Shown here piece after piece: positions 12,849 through 24,030 of a DNA stretch of 64,000 bases (positions are counted from its first letter, which is position 1; each line of letters opens with the position of its first letter). Source of the stretch: Malacoraja senta (lineage: Eukaryota); the NCBI GenBank assembly GCA_038087875.1, contig CM075977.1:310434001-310498000 (forward strand), given 5' to 3'. Below the pieces are notes generated by a model. That model ran no database searches. It had not been told where the DNA came from and worked only from the letters and a program-made list of their open reading frames with translations. Position numbers and translations under genes: made by a program.

Positions 12849-15800
12849 TAATCTATAAAGGCAGCAGGTGACTTCGTTCTATCAGGGATTTTGTTTAGTA
12901 TTGCCATTATTTCATGGGGCTTCCACGGGTATGGACGTCTGTGGCACACGGATTGTTCATACTTACTGCGCTGGTCGAATCAAAGGCTGTACTCAGCACT
13001 TCCCTCACTGGGAACTGCCTATGGGATATCTGTTAGATTTGTAAACTTTCGATTACATCAAAATCTATCTTGGTATCTTCATTCACTGTCTCACCCTCAG
13101 ATTAATCTTTCCATTCGCCAGGGGGTTCCCGATACTGTCCAAGTAGTTCGTTCCTCTTTCTCACTGCTCGTATAATCTGTCTAGGTTGTGGCTCACAGAA
13201 ATATTCTGGCTATTGCATTATATCTATCCTACCATCCTTTTCTTTAGATACCGGGGCTAACCTTTTTGTTCTACTCCGGGTTCCATAAGCTACTAGACGA
13301 TCTATTAATAGTGGAGTGGATGGAATCAAAGAATTTGGCACCCCAGTCTCGGTAGAGTATGCTCGGTTGTAGAATTTGCAGGAGATGTTATATATTCTGC
13401 AGACCTAAAATATTTATTACGGGCACAAGTTATACAAGGTGTAAGTGAAGCCTGGGAAATGCAAGAGGAACATGGTGGGAGCTGTGAACTTCCACTAGCG
13501 ATAACATTTGTCCATTCTTCCAAATATTCATCTCCATCCCCCTCGAGGTCAGCACTAACCATCGGATCCCTAAACTTTAAATTTACAGGAACTAGTCTCC
13601 TTCCAGGAGATCTACCTCTTCCCTGTTCCATGTGTTTTCCTTCATCTCTACTCCTGTCCTTCCTACTACCTGGAGGTCGATCTACTTCACCTTCTTTCAG
13701 TTCTATTCCAAGTTTAGCGATCGCTTTTTCCCCATCCTCTTAACCTCTTTATTCGCCTTCCGTTCCTCATAATATTCTTCCATAATCCTATTAATTCTTT
13801 TGCACTCTCGTTATTACTATGCTGCCAAATAATTTGTTCTATGTATTTTATCCCTTTTACTGTTCTAATGCCCCCCGGCAGCCATAGCTTGTTTCCTAAT
13901 TTCTTATTTAGCGCTCCTGACAAATCTCTTAATTTCTCTGCCTTGTGAGGGAACTCATAGCTCATTATTTGCAATAGGCTCCTTTCATCTTCTGTCATAT
14001 CTCAGTCTATGCTGTTCCCCATGCCTCCGAACAACCGAAACAGAATTCCTAAATCCTTCACTCCTTCCTTTTAATCCCTAAATTTATCAAGCTCACTCAT
14101 GAACAGTGGCTAATGGCTCAGAAGCATCTGCAGCCTCGCAATTCTTTACTCCTTTGCTCCACCAATCCCACTCTCTTATTCAAATTCTTCTCCTATCTCC
14201 CACAAGTCCACACACTTTCAACCTTACAATTTCCACAATCCTCAGTCATCCAAAGATCAGAGTACTCCAGGGAACAATCAAATACATTCGAGCATAATCA
14301 AACACCTTCTCGCAACTCGTTTAACCCTCAATCAAAACACATGAAATGAGCTCCAAACACGCAAGTAACACCGTAGACAAACAAGAAATCACGCCGCTTA
14401 TGTAGGCACACCCACACCTACATAAACCACAATCATTCATCTAATATCGCATTCAGTAACTGTACAATTCCAAAAACAAATCAATCCCACGTCGCGCTGT
14501 TATCAACCCCTTCCTCTGATACCAAAGACTTTCCCTACTCTTTGCTGAAGGGCACTACTTCTTAAATGACTACTTTTCCTCCTAAATGTTACTTTCCTCC
14601 TGCTAAGACTGGACTTCTATTGGAGGATCTCTATCCCTCCACTCTAAGTTATCAGAATTAGGGGTACCTCTCACAACCGGGTACTTTTCACCAAGTAAAC
14701 CAGGTTCCCGTCTCTCAGTTACTCTTCGCTATCAGGTACTAATCAACAATCGATCAGAGGGAGTATGAACTTCTGGTTGATCAGCCGCGATTTGGACTCC
14801 AATTACAATAACAGTCTTAATCAACTATTTATCTCGACAGCCGATTCGAACTGATATCACAACAGTGTTTCTAACATTTCCAAAGTTAAATCAAAAATAA
14901 TACACAGTACACAGTAAATACAATGCAATACTGGCAATCTTAATACACTATAACTACTACTTTAAAGCTTTATTATGCCCAGTTAAATATGGAGAGGAAT
15001 ATATATACACTTCAAATCGAAATCGATTCACAATCTTTTAAATATATACCTCTGAAAGGTACCTTTACAATTTTTACAAGGAATTTGTACACAAGTTAAC
15101 TTGGAAGGAAAGATATATACACTAGGAATTAACCAGCACCTCAATATGAGATACTGAATATTATTGAATTTGATCCAAATTCAAAATTTGCACAGAACAT
15201 CTCGAGGAGCATGGAGTTTTCAGATGGATTAAAGTAATTTTTACCAATTTACTTTAACCACTGAATTCCTGATGCCTTTCGAGATTCCTTCCTCCATTTT
15301 ACAGGGATCCAGAGATCTCACGCAGGCGGGGATTTTAACCCACCTCGGTACACCTTAGCAAAGGGTTTCCCTTTTTACCTACTAAGTACCAGGTGTCAGT
15401 GCCTAGCCTCTTCGCGCTGGCAGTCGATGCAGATTTTCAGAGCGTGCCTTTCCAATCTGCACCCCCAGCAACGACGCAGTACTTTGCCGCTTAGCCCCGC
15501 TTAAACCCAGTTTGTCTTTAAATATCCCACCAATCGGATATCCAACTCTGGGCTGGGCCTTTGGCCTGGGTTTTGCAGGCCTCTAACCCAAAGGAGATGG
15601 CCTCTAACCCAACCCTACTTTTATGGGCCTCTAACCCAACGGAAGGGGCTTTTATCCCAACCCGAAATTGGCCCAGCAGCAGCTGCAGCTACCAGATTCG
15701 CCAAGAGTTTTGGGCCTCTAAACCAGGAAAGGGCCTCTAACCCAACCCCAGCAGGGCCTCTAACCCCACCCTGGTTTTATGGGCCCCTAACCCAAAGGAG

Positions 15801-16022
15801 TGCTATTCCCCCCCCCCCCCCCCCCCACCTCTCCACGCATGCTAGACTCTGTTCTACAATCTCGTTGGGACCCTTTCCCAAGCCCACGAATGCACAATCT
15901 GCTCCGACTAGCAAAGTGCCGAAAATCAATGCAAAAACTGCACCGTGACGCCGATTTCTGCACTCGCGATCGAGACAGCTCAACACCCTTAATCGCAAAC
16001 TTGTGGTTGGGGGTCCGTTGAG

Positions 16023-16040
16023 ATCTCGGACAAACCCCCA
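16023..16040 (-). promoter_or_regulatory. Primer binding site, tRNA-Pro type
   Basis: TGGGGGTTTGTCCGAGAT versus canonical TGGGGGCTCGTCCGGGAT (15/18), 1 nt from the LTR end. Confidence 0.85.
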
Positions 16041-16041
16041 A

Positions 16042-16803
16042 TGTAAATAGCTCATTCTAAGGTCCCCCCAGTCTAGTTTCAGTCAATAAAATACTGAATC
16101 AAGCACTTGAGCAAATAAACTTTATTTTGGATAACACAACAACAGTTTCCCTCTACTATACCTAACCACCGCGGGTTCGATCCTTGTATCTGCTTGGCCA
16201 AGTCCTTCGAGCCTCGTGCAAGCAGAGACACTCCAAAAGGTCACGCAGTCCCAAGCGTTCTTCCAGAAGATCAACAGAGGACCTCGTGGGAGCTACTTTT
16301 TATAGGTCCCCGAACCTTGAGGGGCTGAACCACATGGGGGTGGTCTCTATACAGTCCAGTAACAAATATCGATGAACACAGTACATGATAGACAGTTCCC
16401 TAACCCAATAATACTGTAACTAATACATTGTATTCAAAAGGAGCTTCTAGAAGGAAGCAAACATAGCAACATGTACCCGGAGATTCCGACAACCCAGGCA
16501 AAGCTCAACATCTTAACCAATCAACAACTGTCCAAATAAGGCTTTGCAACATTATTTACACTATGTATATCTGGTTTGCAGTGACCCAATCAGTTCCATG
16601 CAATTTATACCTTATTGTAAGAAACTGCAGGTCCCATTCTTCCACTGCAGCTCTTATCTAGGCTCCAGACAAACTGGCATCATTCAGCAGCTTGTCTCAG
16701 TTCTGCAAAAGGCACATTTAACTTGACCAAAATGGCCTAGCAGCACACAAGCCTTTACTCAATTTTAATGTCCTGGCTGCCCCAATTTGGCCAGGATTAA
16801 CAA
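16042..16803 (-). repeat. ERV 5' LTR
   Basis: TG...CA ends. On the minus strand: TATAAAA at ~16297-16303 and AATAAA at ~16120-16126. Directly adjacent to the PBS; the outer end abuts CR1 RT sequence. Confidence 0.75.
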
Positions 16804-16985
16804 CATTAGCCAATTTGCTGATGACACAAACCTGGGTGGCAGTGTAAACTGTGAGGAGGATGCTATGAGAATGCAGGGTGACTTGGACAGGTTGGGTGAG
16901 TGAGCAGATGCATGGCACATGCAGTTTAATGTGGATAAATGTGAGGTTATCCACTTTGGGAGCAAAAACAGGAAGGAAGATTATT
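16488..16985 (+). repeat. Left copy of a 498-bp direct duplication (right copy 21821-22318)
   Basis: Offset 5333. Two substitutions seen by eye (CACAC/CACTC and CACAT/CACGT). Confidence 0.95.
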
Positions 16986-19900
16986 TTTTTTTTAAATTAT
17001 TTTTATTAGAAGTACGGTAAATTACAGTAATACACAACACTTATATCTTAATACATTCTTTATACCGCTTCATTTTTTTAAGCTTTAAGAGAAAGATAGA
17101 AGTAAGAAAAGTAAAGAAAGTGCGCAAGAGTCGTGAGGTGCAAGAGAGTGTTGTGAACAGAAAGCCCCTTAGAAAAGAAGTTAGAGAAGGAAGTAAAGTA
17201 AGAAAGTAGATCCTAGAAAAGAAAGAAAAAGAGAGTAGGAACAATCGCAGAAAGGGAACCACCAACCAAGTCTGTTTTTATTGTTTTACCTCCCATTACC
17301 AGGTCCTGATACCATTTCTTTATTTATTTATTTTTTAAATTACTATTGCACCTCATGCTTGTAATAGGTCCAAAAACGTAGACCACGTCTTTTGGAATTG
17401 GTCTGCTTTCCCTGCTAAGAGGAATCTCATCTCTTCCAGATGTAATGTTTCCAACATATTTGATGTCCACATTTTTATTGTTGGTGTGGGCGCATTTTTC
17501 CAGAATTTAAGTATAAGCCTTTTTCCCATTATTAGCCCGTAATTGAATAAGTTCTTCTGATACACGTTTAATTCAGGGATACCTTCCGATATTCCAAAAA
17601 TGATCCATTCTAGTTTTGGTACCAGTTTTATTTTAATTAATTTTGAGAAAATATCAAATATTTCATACCAGAATTTTTGGATTTTTGTACAAAAAACAAA
17701 AGAATGCGCTATGATAGCTTCTTGACATAGACATTTATCACAGATTGGTGAAACATTAGGAAAGATTTTATTTAATTTAGTTTTTGAATAATATAGTCTA
17801 TGTAATGTTTTGAATTGGATGAGCGTATGTCGTACGTTGATCGAACATTTATGCACCTGTAGTAAGTGGTTATCCCAGCTCTCTTTTGAAATTTTTATAG
17901 CTAATTCTTGTTCCCAGTCTCTTCTAATTCCTTCTGTTGTGGGTATTTCTATGTTTAAAATGATATTATATAAGTACGATATTAGATTAGCTGATTCCGC
18001 CTTTGTCTTCATTGCTTCATCTAGTAAGTCGGAAGGCATATTATGATAGTCTTTTGTGTATTTTTTCAGGTAATCACGAATTTGTAGATATTTAAAATAT
18101 TGATTATTTTTCAGATTATATTTCAGTTGTAGTTGTTGAAATGATAGTAATTTTCCCCATTCATACAGATCTTCGAGCGTTTTGATTCCCATTCTTTCCC
18201 ATTGTATAAATGATTTGTCTATGGTTGAAGGTTTAAACGATGGGTTATTAACTATTGGTATTGAGAGAGATAGGTTTCTTAATTTTAGATTCTGTTTTAT
18301 TTGTTTCCATGTTCTAATTGTGCTATTTATAATTGGGTTTTTATTATAATTTTTATTATTCAAATTTATTGGAGAGAGAATAATCGCTCCTATATTACTC
18401 GGGGAACAGTCCTCTTTTTCCATTATAATCCAGTCCGCCTGCTGGGCAGAATTGTCCAGCAGGTGAATCATATTTTTAATATTTACTGCCCATTTATAAT
18501 ACATAAAGTTAGGGAGCGCGAGACCCCCCAACTCTTTTCGTTTATTAAGGTGTGCCCTTTGTATTCTATGGGATTTATAATCCCATATAAAATTTGTAAT
18601 GTCTGAGTCCAATTTTTTGAAAAACTTTTTTGGGAGATATATAGGTATTGATTGAAATAGGTATAGGATTTGTGGTAAGAAAATCATTTTTATAGCATTT
18701 ATTCTGCCTATTAAGGACATCGGAAGTGTTTTCCAGAATTTAATCATATTATTTAATTTCTTAAGTAAGGGATTATAATTGGCTTTAAACATATCCTGGT
18801 AATTTCTAGTAATTTCAATTCCCAAATATTTGAATTTTTCTGTAGCTATTTTAAAGGGGAATTTCCTGAGGTGTGTTGAGTCTTTTGGTTTTATCGACAT
18901 AATTTCACTTTTGTTCCAGTTTATTCTATATCCTGAAAAGGATCCAAAGTCCTCAATTAAATTTAATATATTTGGTATACTAATTTGTGGTTTTGTGATG
19001 TACAATAGTACGTCATCGGCATATAAGGATATTTTGTTATTTGAATATTTTGTATTATAACCGTAAATATCCATGTGTGTTCTTATTTTTTCAGCAAGGG
19101 GTTTGATTACTAAAGCAAATAATAGCGGTGATAATGAACATCCTTGTCTATTGCTCCTTGATAGTTCAAATTTCGAGGATAATATATTATTAGTTAGTAT
19201 TCTAGCCGTAGGTTTGTTATATAATAGTTTTATCCAAGCGATGAAGTTCTCTCCCAATTGGAATTTTTGCAATACTTTAATCATATAGTCCCATTCTACT
19301 TGATCAAACGCTTTTTCTGCGTCCAATGAGATGATAGATAACTCTTGGTCCTGAGATTTATGTGAGTGCATTATGTTAAGCAAACGTCTCAAGTTATTAA
19401 ATGAATGTCTCTTAGGTATAAATCCTGTTTGATCCTCATTTATTAGTCTACTAACATACCTGCTTAGTCTACTGGCTAGTGTTTTCGCTATTATTTTTTG
19501 ATCCGTATTTAACAAAGCTATAGCTCTATATGATCCTGGTTCTTCTATATTTTTTTATCTTTTTTTAAGTATTAATATGATCGTTGATTCTGCTAGTGTT
19601 TCAGGTAAGTTTTGCTCTTTAAAAGCATGTGTATACATTTTCTGTAATCGTGGAGTAACTATGTCATAAAAAGATTTATAAAATTCATTACTGAATCCGT
19701 CTGGTCCTGGTGTTTTTCCATTCTTTAGTGTTTTTATTGTGTCTTCTATCTCCTTAGAAGTAATTTGTGCTCCCAGTTCCTCTTGTTCCCTCAGTTCTAA
19801 TTGTGGTAGGTTACAGTTATCTAAAAATTCTGAGATTTTATTATTGTCTATTAACGTTTTAGATGTGTATAGATTCTGGTAAAATTGAGCAAATCTTTTA

Positions 19901-21813
19901 TTGATATCCTTGGGTAGTGTTAATAATTCCCCTCTGTCTGATTTAATCTTTAATATTGCATTCTCTTTTTCCCGTTTTTTCAGTTGCCGTGCTAGGAGTT
20001 TGTGGGGTTTGTCCCCGAATTCGAAGTGTTCTTGTTTTGTGATTTGAAATAATGTTATAACTTTCTCTGACAGTAATTTATTTAGCTTGAATTTCAATAG
20101 TAGGATTTTGTTATGTTTATCCATAGTTGGATTTTTAGCATTATCTGTATCTAATTGTTTTATTTGTTCTTCTAAATGTCTTTGTTCATTCTTATTATTT
20201 TTATTTTGATAAGCTTGGAATGAAATAATGACTCCTCTAATAAATGCTTTGAAGGATTCCCATAATAGCGTGGGGGAAATATCTGGTGTATCATTTATCT
20301 CAAAAACTAGATCCATCTGTTTTTTTAGATATATACTCCCTTGTGGGTCTTTTAAGATTTGCGAGTTAAACCTCCAGAACGATTTATTCATAGACATTCC
20401 TTCTAGTTTTAAAACAAAAGTTAACGGAGAGTGGTCTGAGATCGCATTAGTGTGGTATTTAGCGTTCATAGTGTGCGGAATTAATTTTGTATCCACAAGA
20501 AAGTAGTCTATCCGTGAGTATGTTTTATGCACCGTTGAATAAAACGAATAATCCCTTCCCGTCGGGTTTGCAATCCTCCACACATCTGCTATATTTGTGT
20601 TTTCCATATATGTATGTAAAAGTTCACTGGTTTTAGATTTCATATTACCTTTTTGTTTTTGCATCGATTTATCTAGATAAGGGTCTAAAACACAGTTAAA
20701 GTCTCCTCCAATTATAACATTTTGATAATTAAATTCTGCAATTATATTCAGAATTTTATTTAAAAATTGAGGGTTATCGAAATTGGGCGCGTATATATTT
20801 ACCAGCGTAATTGGCGTATTATTGATCTCTCCTGCTACTATAAGGTATCTCCCTTCCTTATCTAAAATAGTATTCTTTGACTTAAATGGAATTCCTTTAC
20901 GAATGATGATTGCAGTGCCTCTAGATTTGGAGGTGAATGAAGAGTGAAATGTTTGTCCTATCCAGTTCGCCCTCAGTCTCGTCTGATCTTGATGTTTAAG
21001 ATGCGTTTCCTGTAGAAACGAAATGTCCGTGTTGTATGATTTCAACTGAGCTAGTATCTTGCTCCTTTTAATAGGTTCATTAATACCCCTTATATTCCAG
21101 CTACATAGTGTGATTCCTCCCATTTTCTTTTGATTATCATCATACATTTTTACCAATTTTAATGATCTTATTTATTATGGTGCATTCATACCTCAGGACT
21201 CTGGTTATTTTGGGGGCATTTCTATTATAGACTTCCTTGGTAGTTCTCCTCCGCGATTGTCCTTGGAAAGAAAACACATAGATGTGACGTATTGTGATAA
21301 AAAAATTTAAAAAAAGTATATCAAATAAGTGTACGGTGTCTGAGATTTCAACACCGTAGTGAGTGTCCCACTCGTCTGTGGGGTACGACATCTATATCGC
21401 TTCCAGCGTAGATGTTATGACGTTAGCCCCGCTGCCTTTATTACCCAAAACCTAGGGGGTCGGTACCGTTTCCAAATCAGTTCTATTTCACCCTAGTTGC
21501 AGTATATATATATGTTTCATTCCGACTTCAATTGTATTCAGTTACATATATTCCTCACTCTTTATCTCTTAACTATTTTGAATTGGTTTTAGTATTGTTA
21601 AAAGTGAGCTGTTCGCTGAAAGGGTTAACCGGAGTCAGGCTCCTGGAGTTGTGCCAGGTGCCTAGTCTCCTCCCCTCCCCACTCGAGCTGCGGAACAAAT
21701 GTGTCTGCGTTATAAGGCAGGCAACACATTTTTATCAGTTTCAATTGCTATTTCTATATTAGTATTGTTAATTATTAATTATTAATGATTCTCCATATTT
21801 TGTAAAACTATAT
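16986..21813 (-). mobile_element. L1-clade LINE, 5'-truncated (no ORF1 seen)
   Basis: Poly(A) (T run at 16986-16993) with AATAAA nearby, a complete ORF2, and ~650 bp of upstream spacer. Confidence 0.92.
17353..21156 (-). CDS. L1 ORF2 (endonuclease, reverse transcriptase, C-terminal CCHC), broken by one in-frame TAA at 19555-19557
   Basis: SWNIRG, LQETH, GDFN, SRID, SDH; PGPDG, DAEKAFD, RQGCSLSP, YADD, KYLG; CDKC..HSFVFC. The two track ORFs are in the same frame. Confidence 0.9.
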
Positions 21814-21820
21814 AGATTCA

Positions 21821-22318
21821 GACAACCCAGGCAAAGCTCAACATCTTAACCAATCAACAACTGTCCAAATAAGGCTTTGCAACATTATTTACACTATGTA
21901 TATCTGGTTTGCAGTGACCCAATCAGTTCCATGCAATTTATACCTTATTGTAAGAAACTGCAGGTCCCATTCTTCCACTGCAGCTCTTATCTAGGCTCCA
22001 GACAAACTGGCATCATTCAGCAGCTTGTCTCAGTTCTGCAAAAGGCACATTTAACTTGACCAAAATGGCCTAGCAGCACTCAAGCCTTTACTCAATTTTA
22101 ATGTCCTGGCTGCCCCAATTTGGCCAGGATTAACAACATTAGCCAATTTGCTGATGACACAAACCTGGGTGGCAGTGTAAACTGTGAGGAGGATGCTATG
22201 AGAATGCAGGGTGACTTGGACAGGTTGGGTGAGTGAGCAGATGCATGGCACGTGCAGTTTAATGTGGATAAATGTGAGGTTATCCACTTTGGGAGCAAAA
22301 ACAGGAAGGAAGATTATT
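21821..22318 (+). repeat. Right copy of the 498-bp direct duplication
   Basis: Matches 16488-16985. Confidence 0.95.
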
Positions 22319-22913
22319 ATCTAAATGGTGTCAAGTTGGGAAAAGGGGAAGTACTATGGGATCTGGGGGTCCTTGTTCATCAGTCAATGAAAGCATGCAG
22401 GTACAGCAGGCAGTCAAAAAAGCAAATGGCATGTTGGCCTTCATAACAAGAGGAGTTGAGTATAGGAACTGTAACTAGGTGACTCAAACACACTTTAAGA
22501 AACAACACATTTTTATTAAAGCACTTACAGCATAGGATCTGCAGTACATTTCAGCTCCGAGCTGCTACCGCCTGACGTAGGCAGGTTCTTAATATTATAA
22601 AACACATACTAGGCGGGGCTACTACTAACAGGCACTATGATTATCTAGCATGCAATAGCCAATCTACATCTCTTCTTGTAGAAAATAAAGAAGCAACAAT
22701 GGCTTAAACAATATAAAAGAAATGTTAACAATATACTAGTAAAGTTATACATAATCGCCGTATCTAACGGGTGGCATACAAACCCATCCAGCCCTCATGC
22801 AGCAAGAGACCGTCTCACCTCCTTTCGCGGGAGAACAGACTGGGGAGGGGAGTAGTGACACAACCGGCGACCCGACAGTCCTGTTGGGAGACAATCTTGG
22901 CGAGCCGGGCCCA

Positions 22914-23521
22914 ATATAGGAGCAAAGAGGTCCTTCTGCAGTTGTACAGAGCCCTAGTGAGACCACACCTGGAGTATTGTGTGCAGTTTTGGTCCCCTAA
23001 TTTGAGGAAGGACATTCTTGCTATTGAGGGAGTGCAGCGTAGGTTTACAAGGTTAATTCCCGGGATGGCGGGACTGTCATATGCTGAGAGAATGGAGCAG
23101 CTGGGCTTGTACATTCTGGAGTTTAGAAGGATGAGAGGATATCTCATTGAAACATATAAGATTGTTAAGGGCTTGGACATGCTAGAGGCAGGAAACATGT
23201 TGGGGGAGTCCAGAACCAGGGGCCACAGATTAAGAATAAGGAGTAAGCCATTTAGAATGGAGACGAGGAAACACTTTTTCTCACAGAGAGTGGTGAGTCT
23301 GTGGAATTCTCTGCCTCAGAGGGCAGTGGAGGCAGGTTCTCTGGATGCTTTCAAGAGAGTGCTAGAAAGGGCTCTTAACAATAGTGGAGTCGGGGGATAT
23401 GGAGAGAAGGCAGGAACGGGGTACTGATTGGGGATGATCAGCCATGATCACATTGAATGGCGGTGCTGGCTCGAAGGGCCAAATGGCCTACTCCTGCACC
23501 TATTGTCTATTGTCTATTGTC
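22914..23521 (+). mobile_element. 5'-truncated CR1 nested in the Gypsy integrase tail
   Basis: YRSKEVLLQLYRALVRPHLEYC...[10 protein letters not shown] followed by (CTATTGT)n. Confidence 0.9.
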
Positions 23522-24030
23522 AACCGACGCGGCGAACCCGTAGCAGAAATGGCGGTTGGAGGTGGGGGAGCTGGACTGACTGTGGGTGCGAACATGAGAG
23601 GCGGGGCGTCAGGACATGGAATTGGAGGATGTGGTTCCTTCACTGGAAGCATCTGCTGATGTTTGCGTCTGTAGATGACTCCGTCCACTCAACCAGGTAT
23701 GAACATGGCTCCTTGGAAGGGCCGTGAATGTGTCCCAAATGTGTATGGCCCTTGTCAGTTTACAGGCGAACCACTTGTCCATATGCAAGAGGTTCGAGTG
23801 GCTTGAAGGACTTGTCGAAGAATAGCTTCTGAGTGTCCCGTTTAAGTTGGAGTTGCTTCTGCACCGCAGGTGGGGAACGAACGTGCAGCTGCCGCAGCTG
23901 CTGAGAGACAGGCAAGGGAGCACAGGTTTGGCGACACATCAATCGCTGGGCTGGGGAGCCTAAGACGGTATCTCGTGCATTGTTTCGTAGATTGAGCAAG
24001 TCCAGGTATACATCGGATTTGGCAAGGTAA

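Larger units (their letters stand above)
10720..14022 (-). pseudogene. gag: ERV gag, interrupted by stops/frameshifts and a Helitron
   Basis: MGNSID*DMTED... (Gly2). Matrix-like LWLPGG. Capsid-like YPWKPHEIMAILNKIPDRTKSPAAFIDYLRTTMRVYHADSRDLWETIQQI reads through once 11322-12848 is removed. NC knuckle CYTCGGMGHWSRAC at 10992-10951. Confidence 0.75.
8925..16803 (-). mobile_element. Class I (gamma/epsilon-like) endogenous retrovirus, decayed; 3' end lost in the assembly gap
   Basis: 5' LTR ~16042-16803, tRNA-Pro-type PBS, gag beginning MGNS, capsid-like segment, CCHC knuckle, and RT and integrase remnants. Confidence 0.82.

Noticed and set aside
17810-20506. + strand ORFs within the L1; likewise antisense ORFs over the CR1s
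   Set aside because: Antisense shadows of RT-coding frames.
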